Shown here: positions 27,896-39,500 of the stretch, piece by piece
How the letters are laid out: each line of letters begins with the position of its first letter
Numbering within the stretch: the stretch's first letter is position 1
Virus record (IMG/VR): IMGVR_UViG_3300037189_004270
Location: 6,607-70,606 of that record
Length of the DNA stretch: 64,000 nucleotides
DNA from: a virus
Reading direction: 5' to 3' (one strand)
The notes under the pieces: model-generated
The model's database searches: none
The model's input: the letters and a program-made list of their open reading frames with translations, nothing else
What the model was told of the DNA's origin: nothing
Made by a program: the position numbers and the translations under genes

Positions 27896-28894
27896 ATGAG
27901 CAATGAACTTTTACAAAAAGTAATCGAAACAAGTGATATCGGTGCAGGCGGTGGTGGCCTTTTAAAGCCAGAGCAGTCTAACCGTTTCATCGACTACATG
28001 TTTGACGCAACAATCCTGACACGCGCTGCTCGTACAATTCGTATGCGTGCAGACACAACAGAGATTGACAAGGTGGGTGTTGGTGAGAGACTGATGGTTC
28101 TCGCAACAGAAGGTGCAACTACTGGCCAAACTGATCGTGGCGCAACCTTCACAAAGGTATCTCTTACAACAAAGAAACTCCGCCTAGATTGGGAACTCTC
28201 AAGCGAGTCACTTGAGGACAATATTGAAGGTGCAGATCTTGAAGATCATATCGCCCGTTTGATGGCAACACAAGCAGGCAATGACATTGAAGACTTGGCC
28301 CTCAATGGCGATACCGCATTGTCAAGCAACAACTTACTCAAGGCATTTAATGGCTTCCGTAAGTTGGCCCTCAACGGAGGATTTGTTGTTGACGCTGGCG
28401 GTGCTGCAATCAGCAAGGCCACATTCAACAGCGCCCTCAAGAGAATGCCACGCAAGTACAAGCAACGTCGTAACCAGTTGCGCTTCTTCACCGGAAGCAA
28501 CTTGGTTCAGGACTACTTATACAACCTCACATCAATTGGCCAGGGAGCCACACCAGAAGATATTGCTTCTAGCATTCTTCGTGGAAACCCAGCCGCTCCT
28601 GATGGTGCGCCAGGTGGAGTAATTCCATTCGCATTCGGCATTCCAGTCGTTGAAGTTCCACTAATTGACGAAACTCGTACAGGTGATTACTCAGGTGCAA
28701 CTGGCCAACACGGTGAAGTTCACTTGACATTCCCACAAAACTTTATCATCGGCATTAAGCGCGATGTTACAGTTTACCGCGAGTTCAAGCCAAAGAAGGA
28801 CACAATCGAATACACACTCTTCGTTCGCGTAGGTGTGGCAATCGAAAACCTTGATTCCTTCGTAGTTGTTAAGAACGTTAAGGTCGCTTCCTGA
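27896..28894 (+). CDS. Major capsid protein (HK97 fold)
   Basis: GGLLKPEQSNRFID; LEDNIEG; DIEDLALNGD; position after the protease; C-ending codon bias. Confidence 0.9.
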   Translation: MSNELLQKVIETSDIGAGGGGLLKPEQSNRFIDYMFDATILTRAARTIRMRADTTEIDKVGVGERLMVLATEGATTGQTDRGATFTKVSLTTKKLRLDWELSSESLEDNIEGADLEDHIARLMATQAGNDIEDLALNGDTALSSNNLLKAFNGFRKLALNGGFVVDAGGAAISKATFNSALKRMPRKYKQRRNQLRFFTGSNLVQDYLYNLTSIGQGATPEDIASSILRGNPAAPDGAPGGVIPFAFGIPVVEVPLIDETRTGDYSGATGQHGEVHLTFPQNFIIGIKRDVTVYREFKPKKDTIEYTLFVRVGVAIENLDSFVVVKNVKVAS

Positions 28895-28916
28895 TCTAAC
28901 TATTAGCACTAGCATT

Positions 28917-28941
28917 GGGGGAGGAGAAATCCTCCCCTTTT
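28917..28941 (+). terminator. Intrinsic terminator
   Basis: GGGGAGGA-GAAA-TCCTCCCC then TTTT. Confidence 0.9.
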
Positions 28942-28949
28942 GCTATTTC

Positions 28950-28958
28950 TGATATAAT
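28950..28958 (+). promoter_or_regulatory. Extended -10 promoter (TGATATAAT)
   Basis: Follows the terminator and precedes an AGAAAGGA SD. Confidence 0.65.
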
Positions 28959-28981
28959 TGTTGAAGATAGAAAGGATAAAA

Positions 28982-29368
28982 ATGTCTTTTACAGCAATGA
29001 AAATTAAGGAACTTCGTGAGGTTGGAGATTACTTCGGTGTGGAACTTGAAGGATTGAAAACTAAGAATGAAGTTATTTCTGTACTTTCAGAAGAAGGAAT
29101 TACATATGAAATGTACTCAAAGTTTTTAGGAGCAGAAAAAGCAGAGGTAGATCTTCCAGTTAAAAAAACAAATAAGAAGCCTCCTGCAGAATCTGCCGTT
29201 CTAGTAAGAATGGAAAGAGAAAACCCAGCATATGAAATTAATGGATATACATTCACTAGAGAGCATCCATATGTAGTTATGTCTGAAGAAGATGCAGAAT
29301 TTATTTTCGAGACACAAGAAGGATTTAGAATGGCCACTCCCAGAGAGGTCCAAGAATACTATAACTAA
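28982..29368 (+). CDS. Hypothetical head-associated protein (N-terminal HeH/Rho-N-like motif)
   Basis: MKIKELREVG..FGVELEGLKTKNEVI; ATG 28982 after the SD. Confidence 0.6.
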   Translation: MSFTAMKIKELREVGDYFGVELEGLKTKNEVISVLSEEGITYEMYSKFLGAEKAEVDLPVKKTNKKPPAESAVLVRMERENPAYEINGYTFTREHPYVVMSEEDAEFIFETQEGFRMATPREVQEYYN

Positions 29369-29380
29369 CGGAGGGTTTGA

Positions 29381-30325
29381 ATGATAGAGATTTATACTGG
29401 CAGGGTAGGTACAATAGATTTAATAACTTATGAAGATGGTTTGCCTACAGCGCCAGATTCAAATCCTACTGTTGTAGTAACTGATGCATCAACTGGACAA
29501 TCAGTAGTTACTGGTTCTCCAACTCTAGTAGATTCAGACTATCCTGGTGAATATAGATATAGGCTTCCAGCCTCCTCCACCGCTTTTGACAGGGTTTTAA
29601 AAGTAGTATGGTCATATACCATTAATTCTAGATTAAATCAAGAAACAGAATATGTATATGTCTCTACTCCATATGCAACTCCAGATGAGATATCTGCAGA
29701 ACTAGGATTCTCCTCAAGACCTGAGGATGCTAATTACTATTCATATGAAAAAATAGTAGGTGCAGAAAGAGTTGCTAGAATGATGATAGACAATTATCTA
29801 GGATTCTCAATAAACAAATCTCAAGGTTCTGTAGTTGCCTACGGCTCGGGTGCAGATGTATTGATACTACCCTCAAGAATGATTTCCGTTACATCACTAA
29901 CAGAAAACGATGAGGCGGTAATAAATACAGCAACCAACTACAACATATTTGGATTTAATGTTGAATTGACAGAAACATCATATGGACTAAGAATTATTCC
30001 TCCAAATCCAGGTGATAATATAGACGAGCAAGAAGAGTTTGATTATACTGGATTAACTAAGGGAAGATTTAGAGATGGATATAGATATGAAGTTTCTGGA
30101 ATTGTCGGGTGGGACTATGTTCCGTCAGAAGTTAAGCAATCAGCATTCCTACTAGTTAACGACCTACTTTGCAGCGATAACATATGGAGAACTAGGTATG
30201 TTAAGAAGATAAATAGTGGACAGTTGTCGGTAGAAATGTCTGGACAGGCCCACTTTGGCACGGGAAACGCAATAGTAGATGCTATCCTACAAAAGTTTAG
30301 AATGATCCAGGCTGTGATTATTTAA
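29381..30325 (+). CDS. Head-tail connector/adaptor
   Basis: PYATPDEI, IDNYLG, GWDYVPSEVKQSA; position. Confidence 0.7.
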   Translation: MIEIYTGRVGTIDLITYEDGLPTAPDSNPTVVVTDASTGQSVVTGSPTLVDSDYPGEYRYRLPASSTAFDRVLKVVWSYTINSRLNQETEYVYVSTPYATPDEISAELGFSSRPEDANYYSYEKIVGAERVARMMIDNYLGFSINKSQGSVVAYGSGADVLILPSRMISVTSLTENDEAVINTATNYNIFGFNVELTETSYGLRIIPPNPGDNIDEQEEFDYTGLTKGRFRDGYRYEVSGIVGWDYVPSEVKQSAFLLVNDLLCSDNIWRTRYVKKINSGQLSVEMSGQAHFGTGNAIVDAILQKFRMIQAVII

Positions 30326-30750
30326 TGTATGGATGTATTAGAAGTTCTTTATTCTCAATGTCTGCTGAACTTCTACATCAAATTAGGGATCAAGATTCCG
30401 ATACTAATGAAATAACCAGGCGATGGGTAGTTCTTAAGCCTATATCATGTGCAATAATTCCAATTAGAGAAAGCGGAGGCTCCGCAACATCTGATAACAA
30501 AAACTTTTCAAAAGAATATACTGAAGACTTAGAAATAAAAATGCACACTTCTGAGCAATTAAGTAAAAGATGGAGAGTAACCAACATAAAAAATTCTTCT
30601 AAAAAAGAATTATATAAAGAGGTGGATAGAATCTCTCAGCCCAACACCATATTTGAAGTGTATGCGTCACATCCAATCGTAGACATATTTGGAAATGTTC
30701 AGTATTACGAAAATCATCTTAAAAGAGTAATGGTGCAGTCGAATGATTAA
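30325..30750 (+). CDS. Putative head closure protein
   Basis: Synteny and size. Confidence 0.5.
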   Translation: MYGCIRSSLFSMSAELLHQIRDQDSDTNEITRRWVVLKPISCAIIPIRESGGSATSDNKNFSKEYTEDLEIKMHTSEQLSKRWRVTNIKNSSKKELYKEVDRISQPNTIFEVYASHPIVDIFGNVQYYENHLKRVMVQSND

Positions 30751-31471
30751 TGTCAGAATAGATTCTTCATCTGAAGCCGAACTCTTTGCCGAACTAAATA
30801 AAAAAATAGATGGCATGAAAGAGTTAACAACTGCTTATACCCAGAAAGAACTAATGGACACCGCATTTTCTATTGCAGCATTAAAATTTGTTAAGACTAC
30901 AAATATGTATGCAAGATCAAATAAGAATGCATTCCACCATGTTTATGAATGGAAAGAAACTGGAAGAGAGTCTGGAAGATTATTTAGAATAATCAAAAGA
31001 AATTCTTCTGCAGGCGCTGCCACTATCTATACAAAGTTTAATAATTCTAAGAAGCAATCTCCAATAGCACCAATTCTTAAAAATCCAGGTGCTACAGGAG
31101 CGGTAGTAAAAAGAAGTGGTGTATTTAAAGATAAGGCTAATGTCATGGAGGCTGGAAAGCCAGTACAATTTATTACTACTAGGACAATAGCATTTAGTCC
31201 AGATAGAAGATCCATAGTTTTTGTACCACCTGGAAAAACTATAAGCATTAGAAATCCAGGAGGAAATGATGTAAAAGGGTCTTTCAATAAACACTTTATT
31301 TCATGGTGGAATATCAATTTCCCAACCATACTAGATGATTCTGGAGTTATTTTAAATATACAAAAGAACGTTGCTAGAGCATTGAATAGAAAAGGTGCGG
31401 GAAGATCTAGTGTTAGAGAAGCAATATTTAGGTCTACATCTGCATACAAAACCGTTGGGAGTGTAATCTAA
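30743..31471 (+). CDS. Putative neck/tail completion protein
   Basis: Basic protein; synteny. Confidence 0.5.
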   Translation: MINVRIDSSSEAELFAELNKKIDGMKELTTAYTQKELMDTAFSIAALKFVKTTNMYARSNKNAFHHVYEWKETGRESGRLFRIIKRNSSAGAATIYTKFNNSKKQSPIAPILKNPGATGAVVKRSGVFKDKANVMEAGKPVQFITTRTIAFSPDRRSIVFVPPGKTISIRNPGGNDVKGSFNKHFISWWNINFPTILDDSGVILNIQKNVARALNRKGAGRSSVREAIFRSTSAYKTVGSVI

Positions 31472-31472
31472 A

Positions 31473-31982
31473 ATGGCAGACTATACAAAAAACGCTAGAA
31501 CAGTAATCAACTCGTTCTTGTGGAGTGAATTAAATGATTCTGGAATAATGCTAGCAGAAAATTATAGACCTGATGGCTTTACCAAGGGTATAATCCCAAT
31601 TGTTCCTATACAGGAAATCCCAGAGTTTAACAATCTTATACCCGATGAGCCATACATAACTTATGACTATGAAGTTGAAGGGTATGGAGATCAATGGTGG
31701 ATCTGTGAAGAAAGAATGCTCTACACAATAATATCCACAAGTGTTTCTAAGATATCCGAAATAACTGAGTTTATAATTGATTTATTTAGAAGGCTTGATA
31801 ACTCAGGAAAAGATGTTCAACTATATAATCCATTAAATGACAAAGTTAAGTTCTACTCTGTTGGTCTTAATAATGCCACAGCCCCAGCACCCTTTGAGCA
31901 AGAGGGCGGAAGAATGGCTGGATCGGTAGAGATTTCTTACAAATATGCAAGAATCTTATACGCTGATGGCAGATTCGCCTGA
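31473..31982 (+). CDS. Putative tail terminator
   Basis: PYITYD motif; lies directly before the major tail gene. Confidence 0.55.
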   Translation: MADYTKNARTVINSFLWSELNDSGIMLAENYRPDGFTKGIIPIVPIQEIPEFNNLIPDEPYITYDYEVEGYGDQWWICEERMLYTIISTSVSKISEITEFIIDLFRRLDNSGKDVQLYNPLNDKVKFYSVGLNNATAPAPFEQEGGRMAGSVEISYKYARILYADGRFA

Positions 31983-32005
31983 TCCTTTGTGTTAATGCCC
32001 CTTCA

Positions 32006-32014
32006 TGCTATTAT
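32006..32014 (+). promoter_or_regulatory. Extended -10 promoter (TGCTATTAT)
   Basis: TGn-TAnnAT in the intergenic region before the major tail gene. Confidence 0.5.
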
Positions 32015-32077
32015 ATAAAAGAGGAAAGTGCTAAACCAGATATTAAAATATATCTGAAAGGTAGGTGTAACAAATAG

Positions 32078-32785
32078 ATGGCCGATAAAGGTGAAGTTCG
32101 CAATATTATCGTTGGTGCCGCTCAGGTTTTTATCTCTAAGGGCGACTCAACAGAAATTGCAAATTACAAAAAGGTAATGCCAGTATTTGGCTCAACAGCC
32201 GCAGGAAACTACCTTGAGACAACAGCAGCAGCAGACTGGAGAAACGCAGGATACACATCCGAAGGTTTCGAAATTTCATACGAACCAACATATGGTGAGG
32301 TTGAAGTTGACCAGTTGCTTGACTCTGCTCGTATCTTCAAGACCCAGTTGCGCGTTATGCTCCGTACTTCCATGAGTGAGGGAACTCTTCAAAACGTTCG
32401 TACTGCTTTTGGACAGTCAAACAACTCTCAGGTTAATAGTGTATATACAAATGCACTTGGATCAGAGGCTGGAGCAGGATCATATGGTGGAACACTTAAC
32501 GCTGATGGTAGCGGTAAGAATGTTCTCAGACTTGCTGCTGGTGCGCTTGGTGAAGCCCCTGTAGAAAGATCTTTGATTGCTGTTGGTCCAGGACCAACAA
32601 CATTAGCAAACCCAACAAAGACCGAAAGAGTCTATCTCGCTCGTCGCGTTCTCTCCATGGAAACCGTGTCCCACGCTCTCCGTAGAAACGAAGCAACAGT
32701 TTACCCAGTTACATTCCGTTGTCTCCCAGATGACGATTTTGCTGGTGCTGAATACGGCGAAATTCTTGATCGCGTTTACTCCTGA
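32078..32785 (+). CDS. Major tail (tube) protein
   Basis: NIIVGAA, GYTSEG.EISYEP...VEVDQ, PVTFR; precedes the chaperone and tape measure genes. Confidence 0.85.
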   Translation: MADKGEVRNIIVGAAQVFISKGDSTEIANYKKVMPVFGSTAAGNYLETTAAADWRNAGYTSEGFEISYEPTYGEVEVDQLLDSARIFKTQLRVMLRTSMSEGTLQNVRTAFGQSNNSQVNSVYTNALGSEAGAGSYGGTLNADGSGKNVLRLAAGALGEAPVERSLIAVGPGPTTLANPTKTERVYLARRVLSMETVSHALRRNEATVYPVTFRCLPDDDFAGAEYGEILDRVYS

Positions 32786-32800
32786 TAACTTAATATTTTC

Positions 32801-32845
32801 AAGGTGATACCCCGCTCACAAGGCGGGGTTCATCTTTATGTTTTT
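32801..32845 (+). terminator. Intrinsic terminator
   Basis: CCCCGC...GCGGGG stem extended by AAGGTGA/TCATCTT, then a T-rich tail. Confidence 0.75.
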
Positions 32846-32856
32846 AGACCCTATTT

Positions 32857-32865
32857 TGATATAAT
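32857..32865 (+). promoter_or_regulatory. Extended -10 promoter (TGATATAAT)
   Basis: After the terminator and before an AGGAGG SD. Confidence 0.65.
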
Positions 32866-32889
32866 TTTACTAGGTTATTAGGAGGAAAA

Positions 32890-33225
32890 ATGCCAACTGC
32901 TATTTATGATGTTGCTGAATTAGAATTAGAAAATGGCGAGGTTATTACTGTAAAGCCGTTGCCAATTAAAACATTAAAAAAGTTTATGAATGTTATCAGA
33001 GAACTTGATGCTGAAAAGGTAGAGTCTGAAGAGGACGCTCTTGATGTATTTATCAAGGCAGCAATGGTTTGCATGGAAAAGTCAGCGCCACATTTGTCCA
33101 AGGACCGCGAGGCTTTTGAAGATGCAGTTAATGTACCAACGATGATGAAAATTTTGGAGATCTGCGGAGGGTTAAAGATGACTGACCCAAATCTCCTAGG
33201 GGCGGCTCTAGTTGGGACGAACTAG
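32890..33225 (+). CDS. Tail assembly chaperone (gpG-like)
   Basis: Between the major tail and tape measure genes; DPN slippery site near its end. Confidence 0.85.
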   Translation: MPTAIYDVAELELENGEVITVKPLPIKTLKKFMNVIRELDAEKVESEEDALDVFIKAAMVCMEKSAPHLSKDREAFEDAVNVPTMMKILEICGGLKMTDPNLLGAALVGTN

Positions 33226-33239
33226 ATCTAGCCGCTCTG
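33186..33239 (+). other. -1 programmed ribosomal frameshift site
   Basis: C-CCA-AAT heptamer 33186-33192 plus downstream stem-loop (GGCGGCT/AGCCGCT, CTAGTT/AACTAG). Confidence 0.85.
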
Positions 33240-33506
33240 GAATCTGAGGCGTTTCTCTTGGGAATCTGGAAAAACTACGAAGAACTTGAAGAAAATTTAT
33301 CAGTAGATGAATTGCTATCTACTCTAAACGCACATAGAAAATCTCAAAGAGAACAGCAGAGATTCTTTGCTGCAATTCAGGGAATTGATTTATCCGACGA
33401 TGAGCCAATGGATATTACAGATCTCTCTGGTGCAGATGCTGCTGTTGCTGGATTCGGAGTCGGTATGGGTATTGGACACGTTACTCTGGAGGTAGTTGAG
33501 TCTTGA
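33186..33506 (+). CDS. Tail assembly chaperone, frameshifted extension (gpGT-like)
   Basis: -1 frame is open from 33186 (…GGSSWDELDLAALESEAFLLGIWKNY…) to TGA 33506. Confidence 0.8.
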   Translation, partial: PKSPRGGSSWDELDLAALESEAFLLGIWKNYEELEENLSVDELLSTLNAHRKSQREQQRFFAAIQGIDLSDDEPMDITDLSGADAAVAGFGVGMGIGHVTLEVVES

Positions 33507-36500
33507 GTCGTATAGATCTTAATGTTGTAGCAACTGGTAATTTTGGCCAACTTGAGGGTCAACTTGCTAGATTAAAGGCACAAATTGCCGCTATCAATTC
33601 CTCTATGTCAACTACAGGAATGATAAGCCCTACTGCTATTTCCAATATGCAGCGCTACTCAGACTTGATGGGCGAGCAATTAAGATCTACTGGAATGTTC
33701 CAGACCAGAATGGTAAGTCTTACATCCGAAACAGAAAATTTTGGGCGGAGCCTTGAAAGAGGAAACATAAGACTTGGAGAATATTTTAGAACTGCTAGTG
33801 GATATATTAAGAATCAACAAACAGAAGTCCAGAAATTAGCAAGAGAACAAGTAAGACTACAAAATTCTATGACCCTCGCTACTGGCGATGGCAGGGCTAT
33901 GGTAATTACCCCTACTGGAATAGATGAGGCTATTCATAAGCAACAAATTCTTAATCAAGAATATAGAATTTTTAGGCAAGTTGTTGCTGGAGGATCTACT
34001 CAATTAATTAACTGGGGAAAGAATACGCAATGGGCGGGTAGACAGTTAACAGTTGGACTTACTGTACCACTCACACTATTTGGTGCTGCTGCTGCTAAAA
34101 CATTTATGGAAGCAGATAAGCAACTCACAAGACTTGTTAAGGTTTATGGAGATGCCTCAAAGGGCATAGTAGATCCAGGAGAACTTGCAGCAATCAGATC
34201 ACAGACACTAGGACTTGCTAAAGATATTGCATCAAGCATGGGCGTGGCTGCCGAAGAGACACTTGGAATTGCAGCAGATATTGCTTCTACTGGAAAACAA
34301 GGAAACGAATTGCTCACGGCAACAAACGAGGCCATGAGACTATCAGTACTTGGTGAAGTAGATAGACAAGAGGCTATGAGGGCCACACTATCAATTCAGA
34401 GCGTCTTTAAGAAAGACACAGAAGGCTTGACTGAATCAATTAACTTCTTGAACGCCGTAGAAAATCAAACATCTACAACTCTTAATGACTTAGTTACAGG
34501 AATTGTTAAGGCTGGTCCAGTCGTCCAGGGACTTGGTGGAGACATTGAAGATCTATCCCTAATGATGGTTGCTATGCGTGAGGGTGGAGTTCCAGCATCA
34601 GAAGCCGCTAACGCTATCAAGTCATCCCTCGCTTCATTGATTAACCCAACCAAACAAACAACAGCAACATTAAATGAATTTGGTGTGGACTTAATATCAA
34701 TTGTTGATAAAAATGCTGGCGATGTTATTGGAACTTTAGTAGACTTACAGGATGCATTGGCGGGACTAGATGAACTCAGTAGACAAAGGGCTATCGAACA
34801 AATTTTCGGTAAGTTCCAGTTCTCTAGAATTAACGCTCTTCTTAGTAATTTAGGTAAGGCAGGAAGCCAAACTCAACAAGTTTTACAATTAGCAGGACTA
34901 AGCGCGGGAGAACTTGCTGAAAATGCTGACCGAGAATTAAAGGCAGTTACAGAATCTGTATCAGGAAGATTCCAAAGAGCCTTAGCAAGCGTACAGGCAA
35001 ACCTTATTCCAATTGGTGAAACATTTACTGAAGTTGGAACATTAATCTTAAACGTTGCCTCAAAGATACTTGAAATATTTAATAATTTACCAGGCCCAGT
35101 ACAAACATTCCTTAAAGGCTTGATGTACTTAGTAGGCTTGGCAGGACCAATAATTATGATCACAGGCGTCTTTGGCAACTTCCTTGGCTATTTACTTAAG
35201 GGAGTATCTTCATTCATGGCTCTCAAGAAGGCGGGACGAGGAATATTCGAATACTTTACTCCAGAATCAGTAGCCGCAAAGAATGCTTCAGAATTAATAA
35301 CACAATCAATTTATGATGAGACTACTGCTGTAAACATGCTAACTGCTGCTATAGAAAAGTTGTCACAAGCCTTGAACCAAATGACTGGAGAGGCTTTAGA
35401 AGGTGGTACAGCATTATCAGGAATGCAAGCAGGAACTATGGCTGCGGCAGAAGCAAATGCAGCCGCTACTTCTGGTAGGCCGATATTAGAGACTGCTAAA
35501 ACTGGACACACCTATGGTGCTGGAGAACTTTCACATATACTTGCTGAATCAAAAATGTCTCAGTACGGATTTAGTGACATAGAGAGACAATTATTACTAT
35601 CTCCTGGAACATTATTAGGCGCTCAGGACTTCTCTGCTAAAAGATTCCAGAGCAAAATGGGTGCGAACTTTGCTGCAGAAGGATACTACGATCCATCATC
35701 TATGGGATCTAGACAAGAAGCATTATATAAAATGTCAGGAGACACCCCTGGTTCTGGAAAAGAATTTGATTTATTAATTAAAAGTATGGATGAGCAAATG
35801 ATGGCTAGGCTTTATCCAACAATGCAAGAGCATACAGCATCAGTTGCTAAGTATCAAGTATCTCTAGAGCAATTATTTAAAAAGAGTGATAGTGAACTAG
35901 AAAATGTAATGCAGCAAATCAAAAAGGCTGTTTCTGAAGGTAATATGGATGAGGCAGCCAGAATTTTGAGACAAAATATAGACTTAACAGATGATCAGTT
36001 ATCTGCAGCAATAACTAAAAAAGCGCAAGAATATAGAAGCCACTTTGACGAAGTTCTTGCAAAAACTGGTTCAAGAAAAATTGCTACAGAAGAAACCGCT
36101 GCGCTGATGGCTGGAACAGAAAAAGAGATGTTGGCTACCGCTCCAGAGAGAGGCGGTTTTGCTCAAACTGGAAGTAGAATGAAGAGGCAAGGCTCCGCCA
36201 TGGCTATCATGGCTCTTTCAGGAGACTTGCCAATGTCTGAAGAATTAACTGCTGCTTCTAGTCGTAGAGTAAAGGCTCTAAATGCCCTCGCTGCAGCAGA
36301 AGAGAATCTTAAGAATCAAGGAGATCAACTACAAAGACTTAATAGAGAAGAAGTCCTAGCGGCAAGAACAAAGTTAAAAGATCTTGACATGGAACACGCA
36401 TTTGCTATAAAGAATGCAAAGGGTGCCCAGGAAATATATGTTAAAGAACAGGGACTTTGGAAGAGAGTCTATGCCAATGGAGTAAAGAAAGAACTAACTG

Positions 36501-39500
36501 ATGCTAAATTAATTGCACAATTAGAACAAAGAGTTGTAGCAGAAAAGCGCGTCACCTTGGCAACAAGATACGTTGAGGAAGCAGATAAAAAGGAAGCACT
36601 CGCATCACAACAGGCCGCACAAGCAGATATTGAAGAAGCAAAGCAATCTAGAAATGCTGCTAAATCCGATATGGCCGAAGTAGCAGCAGGAGCAGGACTT
36701 ACCGCGCAAGGTAGAGGTCGCGGCGGAAAAATGGCCATGATGGGTGGAGGAGCCTTAAGCGCACTTGGAATGGCAACAATGTTCCTTCCCACAGGAGAGC
36801 CAGGTAGCACAACAGAGCAAGCAACTAGTGTCGTTGGAGGAGTTGCAACAGGCGCGGGAATGGGAGCAATGGTTGGCTCTGTATTCCCAGGTATTGGAAC
36901 AGCAATTGGAGCAGCCGTAGGAGGAGTAATAGGAGGAATTGGCCCCGTTCTATCAATATTCTCTGATAATGCTGCTAAAGCAGCAGCAGAAGTAGATAGG
37001 TTAAGACTGTCTGCCGAAATAGCCGCTGGCGCTGTCAGCGATTTAGAAAAGGACTTCCTTGGCCTGGACGTTAAAGAATTAGAAGACTTACCATTCCAGG
37101 TATTTGGAGAAAGAACAGACGAGGCATCTTCTCAACTAGAGCAATTTACACAAGCATTGATTGCTGCAACAGCAGCCGAAGAAGGATCTATAGAAAAGCA
37201 AAGAGTAGAAGAAATAAAGCAGTTTGCCTCAGGCGCGGAACTTGTTAACAGTTCTATGTTTATGGAAATGATAGGGCAAGCAATTATTTCTGGCACAGAT
37301 CCAGATCAACTTAAATTAATGTTCCAGGCTTACTTAGATGTAGCAGATAAGCAGATATTTGCTACAGCAGTAAATAATGCTATTGATAGTTTTATGCCGG
37401 ATGGTGCATCTATTCAATCTATGAGAAAGAACTTTATTAAGAAAACTTCAGAAAGTCTAAATGCAATGATTTCTGATGTAAAGGGCGGAGGAGATGTAAA
37501 GAACCCAGCCGCCGCTGCAAGACTGATAGCAGAAGAGAGCGCCCTTGACAAGTTGCGTGCTGGCGGTGCTGCTAAAATCGGAGATAAAGATGTAAATGTA
37601 ATAGATATTGTTAAGCGGACTATGGAACAAGACCCTATTATGAGAGAAATGATCATGCGAGGTGGACAGGCAGTAAGAGACTTTGGGGGGATGGCTCCAG
37701 CGGGATCAGAAGCAGCCATAGCACAATTTAATGCTCTTCAAGGAACTGGCTTGGCAAACCTTACTATTGATGGACAATTAGTAGATGAAGGCACAATGTT
37801 AAGTATGCTATCATCTATCACTACTATTCTTGAAATGTCTCCAGATATTAATGAATTAACTTCAGATGTAACTAAACTTCAACAAGCATCCAATGCCATG
37901 GCAGGGGCGATAGCGGACAGCCTTGCTACATTAAGTGGAGCAGAGTTTGCACAGGTAATTAAATCCCTAGACCCAGCCATTTTTGAAAAAGATTCTGCTA
38001 CATTAAATGAATTTATTGCTCAACTAAGCGCTATACCAGAGATTGGTCCAGATATAGCAAACGCTTTCCAAACTATGATTAATAATGGAGCAGATGTAAC
38101 TACTGCATTCAAAGCCCTTAAATTAATGACTGCTGGCACTAACATGACAATTGAAGAAATTATAAGTTTAACTTCTGGTCCACCCAGAGAGTTTAATATT
38201 GTCTACAGAGAGACATTTGTTCAAGATGGAGCCCCAGTAGGGCCAGCCGTTTTACCTAGACCAACTGAAGGTGCATCTATGCCTTCTAATGCTCTTTCTT
38301 CCGCAATATCCGCTATGGGAGGAATTTCTACTGGTGGCGGGAGCGGAGGAGGAGAGTCAGATACCTCCGCAATTGAAGAAGCCTACGACAAGCAAATAGA
38401 GAAGCAAGATAAACTTATAGAAAAGATCCAAGAGGAGAGAGAAGAAAGACAAAAACTACTGGATCTTGAAAAACAAGCCTTTGATTTTGCGATGAAAGAG
38501 CAAGATCTTAAGAATCAAATTGCTAGAGCAAGAGCAGAAGGAAGAACTGCAGAGGCTGCAATGCTTCAGGCTCAATTAGATAATGCTAGAGCAAATAACA
38601 AAGAGCAGGAAACAGAAAGAGCGCGTAGAGAGAGTGAAGACAGAAGAATTGAAAGAGCAGAGAAGAGAAAAGAAGAATTAGCAAGGGCTAAAGAAATTGC
38701 TCTAGAAGAGGCCCGTGGAGGCGCTGCAGGAGGTGGTGGAGCGGAGGGAATATCTCAAGAAGTTGCAGATGCGATGAAGGTAGCCATGATGGAACTTACT
38801 TCATGGACTCAATCAAAAGCATTTAAAGATATGGCTACAGAAACAGGACCAATGTCTGCCTTCTTTGATAGCAAAAAGGTTAAAGGTTTCAGAACTGAAC
38901 TTGAAAAGTTAAATGTTCCAACACAAGTAATTAATGATATTTTAGATAGCATGTTTGACAGTTTTGTTTCAAACAATGAAGTATATGCTGAAGGTTTAGA
39001 AATTACAAGGGCCAATCTAGAAAAGGTAGGGCTTGCAGGAGAAGACTTAGAGGATGCTCTGCCAAATGTCTATGGAATTATGATAGATAAAGGATTAAGC
39101 GCACAAGAGAAACTTGCTTTAATTGCTAAAGAATATGAGAATGTAGGATATGGCGCAGAAGAAGCAAAGAAGAAGGCGCTAGAATTCTATGATGTTTCTA
39201 GTGAAAATGTAAACCTTCAAAGAATTAAAGATATCGCTGCTGCATATGGAGAAGTTGCTGGTAAAGCCAGGGCCGCAGCAATGCAAACTGCAGTATTAAA
39301 TATTGTAACTAATAATCCAAATGTTAGTGTTGAAGACGCAGCCGCTTCCGTAGCACTAGACTTTGCTAAGTTTGGGGCTGCAACTGGCGGGTATATCCTA
39401 GGTCCAGGAACATCTACATCAGACTCTATTCCAGTAAGACTTTCTAACGGAGAATATGTAGTTAGAGCAAGCATGGTAGATAAGTACGGAGTACCGCTCC

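Noticed and set aside
27216-27932. 238-aa minus-strand ORF and the other minus-strand ORFs in the track
   Set aside because: All are antisense shadows of well-supported plus-strand genes, with no recognisable motifs.
33258-33506. Independent 82-aa gene starting at TTG 33258
   Set aside because: Better explained as the -1 frameshift extension of the chaperone.
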